From Paraspadella gotoi (lineage: Eukaryota; Animalia; Chaetognatha), in NCBI GenBank assembly GCA_051294375.1, contig CM119271.1, positions 7,316,073-7,380,072 on the forward strand: a stretch of 64,000 nt of DNA, read 5' to 3'. The stretch's first letter is position 1; every line of letters begins with the position of its first letter. This document shows, in pieces, positions 27,701 to 41,844 of this stretch. The notes under the pieces were generated by a model that had not been told where the DNA came from, did no database searches, and worked only from the letters and a program-made list of their open reading frames with translations. The translations under genes were made by a program, and so were the position numbers.

Positions 27701-30700
27701 CAAGAGATCGCAAAGAAGAATCTCCTCCGTGAGAAAAAGTAGTCCCTCGAATTTTTTTTATTGAGTCACTGCATATAGTAAATTTGTCGGATGAGGAAAA
27801 TTCAAACACGTTCTAAATACATGAAGTGAACTATTCCCTTATTAAATTATAATTTTCAATATTTAAAAACTAAAGAAATTAGTTTTTTAGAAAAAAATAA
27901 TCGGCGGAGGAACACAAAAAAAAGTTTGGGACTTTAAGACAGCGATCACGATCGAAGCTCTGCGCCTGCATCCCTGGCTCCCTCGCTTGCGAGAAGCGGC
28001 TAAGACGCTCTGTTGCGCCTCTGCAGCTTCTGAGTCCCTGGAATCCAAAAGCAGCGGGCAAAATGCGGAAAAAAAAAAACTTTGACAAAGGGAGAAAAAA
28101 AAATCCGTTTTTTTGTTTTTTAAAAAGATGAATTAATATTTCATCGCGTCGTCTAATTACAAACTTCAAACTGGATCTAAAACTGCTTTTACAATCTGCG
28201 CTATAATTTGGATTTAATATAAAGACTGAATAAAAAACTTTCATTTTCGGAAAATTCTACCATCCCAATCCATATTTTCTTTCTTTTTTGAAGATACAAG
28301 TTGACAAAGTTTTTAGGAAAAAAAAATTTTTCTGAGGCATTATAAGTATAATTTGACTAAATATTTTGGGATATTTTGGGTTTTTTGAAGGATAGTTTGG
28401 TAAGCCTCTAAAAGAAAACGTCTCTTCAACGCATCATCGAAGCCAACAAAGAAACTCGACGGGGTGAGTCAACCGAGAGGCGCGGAGGTGAGTTCGCTTG
28501 TCTCTCTGCAATTTTCTGCTCGAAACCTCTCCAATATTTTCCTTTCCTTTTTATCCTTTTTTTTTTCCAAGACCCAAAGAAGACAAATTCCTTTTCTCGG
28601 GCCACAAAAAACTTTTTTGACATTTTGCCTCTTCGATCTCTTCTCGATACAAAATTGGAAAATTGCCAAAGATCTAGAGAGAAAAGCTTTTTTTTTTCTC
28701 GTCAATTCTGGCTTGATGTCTTTTTATTTGATATCTTAAGTTCGGCTTAAGACAATCGAAAAATATTAGTAGCAGTCTATGGCTCAAAATTATAACGTAG
28801 TCTGGCGGACTCGTTTTTGAAAGTAGCAAAAGATTAATAATTTTGAGTAAGCCCTCTAAAATTGTTTTCATATCGACGATGTCGACATTCAAAATTGTAT
28901 AGTGTAAAAAGTAATGCCGTAGCTGCCTCATTAAACGTTTCTCAACGCCACACGCTTTTTATCTTCTTCGATGAGTGAAAGTGAGTGAGTGACATTTAGT
29001 GTAAAGCGCGTTTAGTATCACGGAGATGAGAGCGATCGTCGAAGGCATGGAGACTCGATCAATCCCAAAACTCCCCGTGATTATTTCTTCAAACCGGCGG
29101 CCAGGGCTTTGGGGGCCAGTTTCGCCCGTAACATCATGGGCCCAGTCGCCCGGGAGGGAGGTGAGCGACGAGGGTGCTTGTAGGTCGGCGGAAGGTTTGC
29201 AAGTCCGCGAGGGCTTTTGGGCCCTCGAGGGCACGGGCTCATCCATCACTGTCGACGACGAACGAACGTACAAAACGCTCGTAAAATCGCGTAACGACGA
29301 AGGAAAGAATTCGGTTGGAATCGCGATTCGAAAACTCACAATTATCGATCGGGGAATTTTTATTTTTTCCTCTTTCTCAATCGTTATGCGCGGTCCGGGC
29401 GCGATTTTAATAATGACCGCTGGTTACAATAACGCAGAATATTTAAGTAGATGGTACATCTTTGGATTATCTTTCTAGCAAAACGGCAAATCGGCTTGCA
29501 CTCGCTCGTACTCTTCGAGGCGCGCCTTTTTCGAAGATCAAATTTGAAGAATTAGAAATTCATTTTGTCGAAATTGGAATTAAAAAAAAAACCCGAAACT
29601 GAACGCGGACCGGGAGAAGCGATGGGAGCAGACGCGACCTTCACTACGACGAGATCAGTGAAATATCAAAAAGTAAAAGGCAAAAGATCAGCCAGAATTC
29701 CGGGGGTTGGTGGGGGGGGGGAGAAGGAGAACAACCATCCATTATTTGTCTTTTTTATTTTAAATATATTAAGAGCAAAAAAAAAGAGCAAATCGTTTGT
29801 CGACCTATTCAAGGGAAAATATAATGAGCGGGGGAAAAAGTGTTGAACTCCTTCTCTCGGCCTCAAGAGTATATATACCTTTTTCCTTTAAGTTTTGTTA
29901 TCTTTAGAAGAGTTGGAGAACTTGAGGGGGGGGAAAAGGAAAAGGAAGGGAATAAAAGGAAAAGAAGAAATAAACGCGGAGTTTCTTTATAGGCTACTAG
30001 TTTAAGCTCCGTGCATAATTTAAGGCCCAAAGTCAAGAGGAGGATGGCCGGCCGCTTTGTTTGATGCACGTCCGATCGCGCTGGGGACTGATGCAACCTA
30101 TTTTTTTTTATGCGAGGGAATTTTTTTTGAATCTTTACGCTCGATACAAAACAGAATTTCGAGATAGGGGGGGAGAGAGAGATCAATTTATCGATATATC
30201 AGCGTCGTCGTCGTTTTCGTCGTCGTCGTCAAACGAGGAAATAATAGATCCTCCATGGACTCGTAAGGAAGATCATAGTCTCCGCTTTCGGGTAAACAAA
30301 GAGCGGATGATAAACAAATCAAACCAATAACCTCGAACGAATACCAATACATGATAAAAATAACAAGAAATGTTTTCTGAAGAATTGAACGATATAACTG
30401 ATGGACTCTGGAGAGGCTTTGAGTATCGCTAGGAAGATATGCTGAATCTTTGTGCGCGGTTGAATTTCCTGGTGTTTACTCGATGTTCGTCATACTTGTT
30501 GAGGTGATTTTTCTCTGAATTTAGCCTTTGAGTAATCTTTAAATTCTGAATAAAATATTTTAATTTACCTAAAACATTTCTCCATCGCGAACGAAACAGA
30601 CAGGGACACAACAACAACGACGAGAAAAGAAAATATTAACGACATCAGAGGCAACGAGATTCATAGTCCTTAGGTCGATGGTTGCTCCTTGTTTTCTTAA

Positions 30701-30763
30701 TCTTCTGAACCCTCGCCCGTCAGCAACGAGAGAGAGAGAGAGAGAGAGAGAGAAGAGAAGGAG

Positions 30764-30828
<65 letters not shown>

Positions 30829-30889
30829 TTCTCGCCGGTTGCGCAATAATCCTTCTACTCGTTCCGTCACTTCCCTCGTAATCGCGAGT
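20461..30889. repeat. ~10.4-kb inverted duplicate of 2600-3710 plus 9435-18458
   Basis: 20461-20700 mirrors 18230-18458, 28420-29560 mirrors 9435-10580, and 29716-30889 mirrors 2600-3710. Ends at a 25-N gap (30890-30914). Confidence 0.92.
22502..24703 (+). pseudogene. Inverted frameshifted copy of Tob exon 3 (probable assembly artefact)
   Basis: Reverse complement of 14267-16482 with many 1-nt indels. The same peptide blocks (TAASFAQTKFGSTK, GSGSSAGGSVGG) are split across the ORFs starting at 22549, 22772 and 24098. Confidence 0.85.
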
Positions 30890-31152
30890 NNNNNNNNNNN
30901 NNNNNNNNNNNNNNTCTCTCTCTCTCTCTCTCTGCTCTCTGTTGGGGGTCTTTCTCGCTTTCTTGATTGCCTCTCTAACCCTCTTCTCACAATTCTTCCT
31001 TCTCTTTCATTTTTTCGTTGTCACTTTTTATGTTGATTTGTTAGTCTATGGTTTTTTTGTTTGGTTCCCTTCTTTGTATGTTTGTCTTTCTTGTTTATTG
31101 TTTACGTTCTTTTTACTTTTTTCATTCCTCTTTTTTTATTCTCTTTCTTTTC

Positions 31153-31183
<31 letters not shown>

Positions 31184-32322
31184 TTCTTTTTTTTTCTTTT
31201 TTTTTCTCTTTCTTCTTTCTCCTCTTTTCTATTTTTTTTGTTCCCTATTTTCACTTTCAAAACTAAATGCATACACAATCGCAAGACTAAAATAAGCGAA
31301 ACGCGTCAAGGAAAGAAGACAATGGGNNNNNNNNNNNNNNNNNNNNNNNNNNNNNNNNNNNNNNNNNNNNNNNNNNNNNNNNNNNNNNNNNNNNNNNNNN
31401 NNNNNNNNNNNNNNNNNNNNNNNNNNNNNNNNNNNNNNNNNNNNNNNNNNNNNNNNNNNNNNNNNNNNNNNNNNNNNNNNNNNNNNNNNNNNNNNNNNNN
31501 NNNNNNNNNNNNNNNNNNNNNNNNNNNNNNNNNNNNNNNNNNNNNNNNNNTCACCAAAAAAACCGAAGTCATTTCTCTACATTTGGAAGTCGCTCTTCTT
31601 TCTCCTCTTTCTTTCTGCACTAATTTTTCTCATTATACTTTCTTTACAACCTCATTTTTGCACTGAAGACATTTTTTTTTTTTTAAATAACTTTTAATCC
31701 GATTTATTGTGAACTTTTAAAGTAGGACAGAAAGTTAAGATTTTTTAAAAGACTTGAAAGGCTCCAATTTTTTCAAAGATAAAAGATAAACAGATGGAAA
31801 AAAAAAATTTTCAAACACAAAATGTAAAAGAAAAAAACAGACGCCAGTTGAAATTAAACCGAGATCTTATTATATTCTTGTTTATCATCGTCCGATTAGA
31901 ACAGACAAATCTTTTTGTTTCTCTCCTCGTTAATTTTTATTTCTCTGGCCCATATGCAATTACGTTAGGCGTCTCTCGTCGTACATGCAAAAGAAAACAA
32001 ATGACAAACAAAGGGACAATTTCAAAAGCAGCCGCTCGCCCGGACGGAAACTAGAAAGAAAAGTGGAGATCGCGAATATAAAATGTTATAAAAAATATTA
32101 TAAAAAATGATCTAATCGGAAAGATAAAAAAAAATAGGCCGCGAGAAAAAAAAAAGGGAAAAAGCAAAGAGCAAAAAATCACATCTGAACTGGCACGAGT
32201 TTTTCCATCTCATCGAGTTTTGCTTTCTCCCTCCACGATCCCCAGGTCCCCGGTCCCCAGTTCATAATTGTTACTCATTCATATCAATAAGATTGTCTCA
32301 TAAACCCCTTTCTCTTTATCTT

Positions 32323-32395
<73 letters not shown>

Positions 32396-32691
32396 GTACC
32401 CAAGTGAGAGTCGGTCATCGATCAATAAATCTTTCCAATCTTTTTGCTCTTTCTAATTTTTTTTTCTGGTCTGCTGGCGTATCTGTCGTCGTCGTCGTCG
32501 TCGTCGTCTTCCTCGTCGTCTAAACGCTTTTGTCATTGTCTTCGATGTCATTGGATAATTGAAAGTTTGAATGACAATCCTGTCGTCGCGTTGGGAGTTT
32601 TGTGTCGATGGAGAAAAATCCGTCTGTCTTTTCTTCAGACATGAAGAATTGAAGATTGAAGAATCGGAAAAACTCGAACATATCAAAATCT

Positions 32692-33027
32692 CGGCTCTAT
32701 TTTTCCAAAGCGCCCCCTTTTCGTTTTAAATTTGGAGTTAAATTTATTTTTAAATATAAATATTAAGTCAAAGGTGAGTTTTAACTTTTAAGCGTTAGGT
32801 TAAGGATTAAGATAAGGAACAGGGTAAAGGATTAAGTTAGTGGTTAGGGTTAAGGATTAGTGTTAGTGATTGAAGATTGAAGATTATACTTTGTTATGGA
32901 TTAACCTAGTATAAGAGTTAAGGATTAAGGTTATAAATTAAGTTATGGTTTGAGTTACAGATTCGATTAAAATATCACAATTAAGTTAAAGGATTAAGAA
33001 ATGGGGCGCTTTTGAAAAAGAGAGCCG
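32692..33027. mobile_element. MITE with ~25-bp TIRs, 6-bp TSD and degenerate TTAGGG-like interior
   Basis: CGGCTCTATTTTTCCAAAGCGCCCC ... GGGGCGCTTTTGAAAAAGAGAGCCG, flanked by AAATCT on both sides (32686-32691, 33028-33033). The interior repeats TTAGGG/TTAAGG/GATTAAG. Confidence 0.8.
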
Positions 33028-34687
33028 AAATCTCTCTCTTTTTTTAAAAAAAAATATATATTCTGCTCTTTTTGCTGCTCTCAGTCTCATAGTCGGTACT
33101 TAGTACTACTTACATTGTTGTATTCGTTTTTGAATTATATTGTTAAAAGAAGGGACAGAGAGACGTTTTGCATTTATGATTTTGTTTTATGACAAAAGTT
33201 AATACAGGCCGACAGCTCAGAATTGCTGTTCTTTTTTGTTATTCTTGTCGACGCCATTGTCGTCGTCGTCGTCGTCGTCTTCGTCAAGCCCTACATCGCG
33301 CTATTTCGTTTTTAATTACACGCGTTTTAACTTTGGCTTCGAAGTCGCGGAATAAAAAACATGGAATGGAGATTCAAAGAAGTTGCGCAGCATTGATTTC
33401 ATTTTTGCCATGTGATTGTTTTTCCATGTATTAATATAATTTTACAAATATGAAAAAAATGAACTATAACTATCCTAGGGTAGTAAACCACATCTCTGCT
33501 GAGTATAAATTTAAAATATTATGTATTATCATAGTTATAACTTAAATAAATTTTATATCATAATTTTAGAGAAACATTTTTTAGTAGTTTTTACAAGTGT
33601 AATTTTATTGTTTTTAAAATTTCACCAGTAAAACCCAGTAAGAATTTTTTATTATATTCATAACAAACGATTTTATAATTATTTATTGATATTTAAAAAT
33701 GATCGCGTGAAAACATAAGTACGAAACTTATATAAAAAAATATATTACGTACGTTTACAAAGTATTAATTATATCAATTACATATTATTTATTATTATAT
33801 ATCCGTATTTAAAGTATAGGTGAGGGAGGTAGACCGACAGACAGATTGACCAAAAAGTGACTCCGCGAGCGCTCGCGACGCGACTGAAAAATAAGGGAAA
33901 AACGGTTGAAGGGAAAAAAAAGAAGTTTTCCCTCTCTTCAGGGGGGGAAAACTCTGAGGAGAACCCAGGAAGAGGAAGTGAAGGAGGAGGAGGAGGAGGA
34001 GGAGGAGGAGAGCCCTCGAGCTTTAGACTGGATTTTGTCAATACGTCAGTGAGGGGGGGAATGGAAGGGGGAGGTCTTTTTAGGGGGGGGGGTGAAAGGG
34101 TAATGGTGAAAAGGGTGTCGAAGTAAAAAAAGGGACAGATAAAAAGGTTCACTGGATTGAAGAGCCAATTGAAGATAGGGGTGCTGAAACCTGACGACCG
34201 AACTGGCGGGTAAGTTTTAATGGGCGTGGAACGGAAGTTGAGGGTGAATGAAGATTGAGGTTTTGTCGTATTCAGCGGTCGGCAGGTGGCCGGTTAGGAC
34301 GCCATTGTTCCAGCGAATTTAGATGGCGTTTCGTGGTGACTAACACTTTAGGGGTTTTAAAAATCGGGGCTGATGTCTTGATGTCTCCTTGCGGGTCGGT
34401 GATTTCATCCAAAAAAAGACCAAAAAATTTTGACAAAAATTAACTTTCCAATGATATGAAATTAAACAAATCAGCGAAAATTAAAAATTGTGTGTACAAT
34501 AAAAAAGAATATTGTGGAATGTAAGAAAGTCAAAAGAAAAAAAATTCGTTTGTTCATTCTTTTTCTTTTTCCTATTTTTTCTTTTCATGGATTTGTGATT
34601 TTTTTTCTCTTCTTTTCCTCATTTCTAATTCCTTCACACCCACTACTCGGATAGTCTTTCTCTCTTCCCTCTCCTCCTCTCTCTTCT

Positions 34688-34730
<43 letters not shown>

Positions 34731-35741
34731 GTCTCTTCTTCTCTCTCTCTGAGCTCAGTCACTGTTAAGCGTTTCAAGTCGCAGCCTGAATCCCAGCCAA
34801 TTCCCCGTGCCAGTGTTACAGGATGACGACGACCCGACGATCGACGACGATTTTGACGACGATGACAGAGAACGAAAATAGAATTGCGATAAAACAATAA
34901 CGCATGGGAATGCTTGGAAAGAGCTGAACCTCGGGAAGCCGGTGACACAATTACAGGTTGTGACCGTCAATCGAATAAAATGAGCAAAGTAACTGATAGT
35001 TGACAGCGTAGATGAACAGTCACGAAAACGAATAGATAAGAGTCAACTGCTGGTAGTGATAGACATAGATAAATCTACAACGAAGACTGACGACGAACGA
35101 CGAAACGACGAAGACGACGACGACGACGATGGTGATTGCCAGCGACGAAGGAGAACGTTGACGACACTATCGTCGGCAAATCGAAAGGAACGATAACAGT
35201 CGAGAAACAAGATGCGACGACGACGACGAGATGAAGACGACGAAGATGAACGAAGATAGAAGATGATTCGACGAAAACGAAGACAAAAAAAGACGAAGAC
35301 GAAATTGAGGCAACGAGAAGAAGACAAAAGACGCCAATCGACGATGAAATGAGAGACAAAGACGAAGAAGACGACGAACGAGACGACGAAAGCGACGACT
35401 CCTACTTGACGTACAATGATACATCAGTGTTCGACTTTAGAAACGACTCTGAATTTCCATGTCAAGCCACAGAGAGCGCCAAGGAAAAAAGATCAGGAGG
35501 GAGAGACGAGAGAGAGAGGAGAGAGAGAGGGAGAGAGAGAGAGAGAGGAGAGAGAGGAGAGAGAGAGAGAGAGAGTAAAAAAAGGGAAAAAAAGAAAAAA
35601 AGGAGGAGGAAATAAAGAGTGAAGAAAATCCCCAGACAGAAAAAAGAGCAAACGGGGAAATTTCCATGTGAAAAATAGAAATTTAATGGTTGTAAAAAAA
35701 ATTGAAAACGCGCCGCCACGGAGGGAGAGAGAGAGAGAGAG

Positions 35742-35815
<74 letters not shown>

Positions 35816-36369
35816 AATAAAAAGGGAGAAAAAAAACCGAAATAATGATGGAAAGACAGAGACAGAGCACGGTGCCTGTGTGGAAAGGTGATCTGGAAAT
35901 GATGTCTCTCTCAGTATCGACTATCCTTAAGTGACGCTAATCTCCTTTTCTTGGTTCTGACGCCTTTTGTTCGTCTTTTCTCCTTTTCCTCCTCCTTTTT
36001 TTTCCTTATTTATATCATTTATTTACTTCTATTTTCTTCCTTCTAATTTCGTTCTTTACCTACACTTTCTTTGCCTCCTCCCTCGCTCGTCTCTTCATCA
36101 TTGCCTTCTCTCTTCCTCTAAGAGTCCTTCTCTCTCTCTCTCTCCCCTCTTCTCTCTCCCCCTCTCTAAAACGGGGAGAATTCTTTTATACACTATCTAC
36201 CCTTAATCTAGCTACTAAAATCAGACCTTCTGTTAAACCGTATCAAAAGATGATAAGCGCTGATCTAAAATGATTAACAATTATGTAAATGAGATTGAAG
36301 AACTCTCTCAGTCCTCCTCTTTGCTCCTCCTTTCCCTCCCCCCCTCTCCCCCCACTTTCCTCTCTCATC

Positions 36370-37235
36370 CCCGTCCGTCTGTTGGCTCGTTGGCGGGCTT
36401 CTGGTAGAGATCTTGACGACCCCTTTCTCTTTCCCGATCCTGTAAAAACTTTCGCCGGGAATCGACCAGACGGTGAATTCCTTGGGGAGATACCCGCAGG
36501 ATCTCCTCGATGTCGATGACTCGTGTCCTTGGCCGCTTGGACCAGGACGGGTCGGCCCTGGGGGGGGTGGGGGGAGGAAGGGAGGTTGATTGATTGATTG
36601 ATTGTTATTTATTTATTGATTGATTTATTTAGATTTATTTATTGATTTATTTGTTAATTGAAGAATTGATTGCTTGTTAGATTGAGTCATACCATGAATA
36701 ATTGATATTAAATTGATTGGTTGAATTGGTTAACTTCTTAATGTTGCATTTTATGGATCATTTACTTATTGATTTTTTTTTTGCCAATCTAATGATTGAT
36801 TAATTTATTAATTAATTGATTGAACTCATGGATGATAGACCGATCTTTTCTTATTGTCGAATTGATTGATGGATCGATTTATTGCTATAAATCGTCCTCT
36901 CAAAAAAATTCAGCTCCTATTATATATGTATCACTACCATCCGGACCTTAAACCCCTAACTCCATAATCTCCATAATACTCTAAACCCAACTCCTCGAAT
37001 CTCTCCTGTACCCAAACCTCGAAAACCGATAACTCACCCGACGTTTGGTGAGTGATCATCCGAAATGTGTTTCTGAGCCCTTCATGGCTGATCCGGGTAC
37101 CTATGTGCCGCTGAACTGAGCCTGAGCCCTTTCCTCGCATCCTCGCCGAAGAGGATCCTCTTTGTCGCGAGGTGTTGGTTTGTAGAGATAAGAGATTGAG
37201 GAAGTTGAGGGCTTGACTGATCTTCTAGTATGCAT
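36370..37235 (-). pseudogene. Degraded duplicate of Tob exons 1-2 (probable raw-read copy)
   Basis: 37038-37235 and 36370-36557 align to 41966-42156 and 41268-41455 with numerous indels, inside the 4.8-kb tandem duplication. Confidence 0.85.
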
Positions 37236-39532
37236 CGCGCGAATTGCTGGGTGTGTAGGAGTGGTGGGAAAGAATTTAATTGATGGAATTGACTGGGTTT
37301 GATGGAGTTCTGTACTATGGAGTGATTTGAATGACGGAAGATGTAAGCGACGGAAAGTGAAGAAAATGATGCGGTGACAGAATGATGGGATGACGAATGA
37401 AATACTGATGGAAGTGATGGTTGAATGATGCAATGATATCAATGAAGATATTTAAATTTTATTATAAAAAAATTGGAAATAGATTAGAAATTGTCATTAT
37501 TAAAAGTTCAGCATGGTTCATAGTTTAAAAATATCGAATAAAATACTACGAAGTCAGTTTAAAACCAAGTTGCAAACAGTTGCATCGCATGCTTTCAAAC
37601 ATTCATTCCTCCGCGTGCAACTTTGTTTTGGTTTTGCCCTTTTTGCTTCCTTTTTTTTTCATCTATTCATCATTTTTCTTGCTTTCTACCTCTCATTAGT
37701 TTGGCGAGAGTCCTAAGTTCGCGGCCATATTTCCAACAAATCCGCAAATAAAACTAAGAGACGCGCCGAAACTTGTTTATTATTCCTCATTTTTAACACA
37801 AAAAACAAGAAAAAAAGGTAAAACGTTGGAGCAGGAGGGAAACGGACTATATGTGGCTGAGTAAACGAATGAAAAGCAATACAAAAAGAAAAAGATGCAA
37901 AAAGTAACGAACTGGGAGCCGAAACAAAAAAAAACAGAGTATACATACGTATTGAAGAGTTAGAAAAATGGAAGATGAATTAGCCGTAGCAAGTCAACGT
38001 ATCTCGATTTTTTATAACTTTTTTTAATTAAAGGCATAAATTATTTTTTCCTTGCCAAAAGTTTCTTATCCTCCTTTCTCTCCTTTGCCCTCCGATATAC
38101 GAATTAATGTGAGAACTAGTGAAACATTTCATTATTATATATATATTTTTTTAATATATAATGACAGTTAAATGGACAGGCTGACAGAGGCCGTACCAAA
38201 AGCGTTTTAATTAGTCGCGTCTCCCACGCGACTGTGAAAAGAAAAGAAGGAAACAATTTCTATTTCTTTTGTTCGGCTTCGATAAGTCTTTGAACTGATA
38301 TTGGAGACAGAAGGAGGAAGAGAAGGAGGAGAAGGAGGAGGAGAGGAAGGAGGAAATATTGGAAAGTATGGAACGGGGTTACAGTTGATTTTCTTGTTTA
38401 AGGGTTCGCGCAGAGTTGTCACGCGGATAGAAGTGGATGCAATCGATCCCGCACGGATATATTTCCTTTTAAAATATTTTTCCTATTTTTATTTTTCTTT
38501 GAAATTCAAGACATGTTTTATCACACAAATGATATAAATCAATCGATCGATAATCGATAATGATATCGATAAAATCAATAAATCAATAAAAATAAATAAT
38601 AAAAAAATCAACCAACATTCAAATCAATCAATAACAGTCTTACTTTCAATCGTTCGTGAAAGATTTTCTTGAGAGGATAGTTGAGTAGCAATCGTAGAAA
38701 AATAATAAGAAAATAGAAGAAAACTGGGATCGCGACGAAAAAAATGTCGACAGAGAAAGAGAGAGTGAGAGTGAGACCGAAGAGGACAAGAGCGAGACGG
38801 CAGGTGTGTCAGCTCTTTGTTTGCGAGTTATTTTTTTTTCTTTTTGGAGGGAGGTGGGGCCGACCGCGCCGTCAGCCGACGAAAGTCTTGTGCGCGTCGG
38901 TTGGCCCGACGCTCAGTTACGCCGACATTTTATAATAATNNNNNNNNNNNNNNNNNNNNNNNNNAAAAAAAAGGATAGATAAAAAGGTTCACTGGATTGA
39001 AGAGCCAATTGAAGATAGGGGTGTGAAACCTGACGACCGACTGGGGGTAAGTTTTAATGGGCGTGGAACGGGTAAATGAGGGTGAATGAGATTGAGGTTT
39101 TGTCGTATCAGCGGTCGGCAGGTGGCGGTTAGGACGCCTGTCCAGCGACATTTAGATGCCGTTCGCTTGGTGACTAACACTTTAGGGGTTTTAAAAATCG
39201 GGGGCAAAGTCTGATGTCTCCTTGCGTCGTGATTTCATCCAAAAAAAGGACCAAAAATTTCCATTTAAAAATTACTTCAATGATATGAAATTAAACAAAT
39301 CAGCGAAAATTAAAATTGTGTGTACAATAAAATGAATATTATGAATGTAAGAAAGTCAAAAGAAAAAAATTCGGTTGTTCATTTTTTTTTCTTTTTCCTA
39401 TTTTTTTTCTTTTCATGGATTTGTGATTTTTGTTCTCTTCTTTTTCTCATTTTTCTTAATTCTTCACACCCACTACTCGGATAGTCTTTCTCTCCTTCCC
39501 CTCTCCTCCTCTCTCTTCCTTCTTCTCTCTCT

Positions 39533-39569
<37 letters not shown>

Positions 39570-41267
39570 CTCTCTCTCTCTTCTTCTCTCTCTTGAGCTC
39601 AGTCACTGTTAAGCGTTTCAAGTCGCAGCCTGTAATCCCAGCCAATTCCCCTGTGAAGTGTTACAGGATTGACGACGACGACGACGATGACGACGATGAC
39701 AGAGACGAAAATAGAATTGTCGATAAGAACAATAACGATGGGAATGGCTGGGAAAGGAGTGAACCTGTCGGGAAGCCGTGACGACATTGACTAGGTGGTG
39801 ACCGTCAATACGAATGAAAATGACAAAAGTAACTGATTTAGTTTTGACAGCGATGATGACAGTCACGAAAACCGATAGATAAGAGTCAACTGTGTTGATA
39901 GTTGATACATATGATTAAATCTACAACGAAGATGACGACGACGACGACGACGAGGACGACGACGACGACGATGGTGATTGCAGCGACGAAGGAGACGTTG
40001 AAGACACTAAATCGGTCCGGCAATCGAAAGGACGATAACAGTCGAGAAACAAGATGGCGACGACGACGACGAAGATGANNNNNNNNNNNNNNNNNNNNNN
40101 NNNNNNNNNNNNNNNNNNNNNNAAAGACGACGATGACAAAGAAATGAAGACAAATAGGATGACGAAGACGAAGGCGACGACGACGAAGAGGATGAAAAAA
40201 AGAGACGAAGACGAAGTGGACAACGAAGAAGAAGACAAAGACGCCAACGACGATGAAAACGACGACAAAGACGATGAAGACGACGACGACGACGAAAGCG
40301 ACGACTCCTTTGGTAGCAATGATAACATCAGTGTTCGACTTTAGAAACGACTCTTGATTTCCATGTCAAAGCCACAGAGGCGCCAAGGAAAAAAGTCGGA
40401 GGGAGAGAGAGAGAGAGAGAGAGAGANNNNNNNNNNNNNNNNNNNNNNNNNNNNNNNNNNNNNNNNNNNNNNNNNNNNNNNNNNNNNNNNNNNNNNNNNN
40501 NNNNNNNNNNNNNNNNNNNNNNNNNNNNNNNNNNNNNNNNNNNNNNNNNNNNNNNNNNNNNNNNNNNNNNNNNNNNNNNNNNNNNNNNNNNNNNNNNNNN
40601 NNNNNNNNNNNNNNNNNNNNNNNNNNNNNNNNNNNNNNNNNNNNNNNNNNNNNNNNNNNNNNNNNNNNNNNNNNNNNNNNNNNNNNNNNNNNNGAGAGAG
40701 AGAGAGAGAGAGAATAAAAAGGGAGAAAAAACCGAAATTAATGATGGAAAGACAGAGACAGAGACGGTGCCTGTGTGGAAAAGGCTGATTGGAAATGATT
40801 GTCTTCTCTCAGTACGACTATCCTTAAGTGACGTATCTCCCTTTTCTTGGTTCTGACGCCTTTTGTTCGTCTTTCCTCCTTTTCTCTCCTTTTTTTCTTA
40901 TTTATATATTTATTTATTCTATTTTTTCTTCCTTCTAATTTGGTTTCTTTTACCCTACACTTTCTTTGCCTCCTCCCTCGCTCGTCTCTTGCATCATTGC
41001 CTTCTCTCTCCTCTGAGAGTCTTCTCTTTCTCTCTCTCTCCCTCTCTATCTCTCTCCCTCTCTCTCTCACCCTCTCTAACAAAGGGAATCTTATACACTA
41101 TCTACCTTATCTTAGCTACTAAAATAAGACTTCTGTTAAAACCGTATCAAAAGATATGAGCGATGATCTAAAATGATATACAATATGTAAATGAGATTGA
41201 AGAACTCTCTCACTCCCTCCTCTTGCTCCCCTTCCCTCCCCCCCTCTCCCCCCCATCCCTCTCTCAC

Positions 41268-41455
41268 CCCGTCCGTTCTGTTGGCTCGTGGGCGGCTTGT
41301 CCGTGTAGAGGATCTTGACGACCCCCTTCTCCCCGATCCTGTAAGAAACTTCGCCGGGATCGACCCAGACGGTGAGATCCTTGGGGAGATACCCGAGGAT
41401 CTCCTCGATGTCGAGACCGGTGTCCTTGGCCGCTTGGACCAGGACCGGGTCGGCC
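41268..41455 (-). CDS. Tob: Tob coding exon 2 (BTG domain box B)
   Basis: Not in the ORF track. CCCAG|G acceptor (phase 2) translates to ADPVLVQAAKDTGLDIEEILGYLPKDLTVWVDPGEVSYRIGEKGVVKILYTDKPPTSQQNGR, containing the box B signature LP..LTVWVDPGEVSYRIGEKG. Ends G|GTGAG (phase 1); length 188 nt. Confidence 0.95.
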
Positions 41456-41844
41456 CTGGGGGGGGGCGGCGGGGGGGAGAAAGGGAGGTTGATTGATTGA
41501 TTGATTGAATGATTGATTTATGAATTTATTAATTTATTGATTTATTGATTTATTTGTTAATTGAAGAATTGATTGCTTGTTAGATTGAGTCCTCCATGAA
41601 ATAGATTGAATTAAAATTTGATTGGTTGATTGGTTAATTCTTATGTTTCATTTATGGATCATTTTACTTAATTGATTTATTTTTTTGCCAATTAATTGAT
41701 TGATTAATTTATTAATTAATTGATTGACTCATGGATTGATAGACCGATCTTTTTCATTGTTTGATTGATTGATGGATCGATTAATTGCTATTAATCGTCC
41801 TCTCAAAAAAATTCAGCCCATTGAAATTAATCACTACCCACCGG

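Noticed and set aside
39921-40344. Asp-rich and Ser-rich ORFs (also about 35040-35430)
   Set aside because: They are translations of degenerate (GAC)n microsatellite within the Tob intron region.
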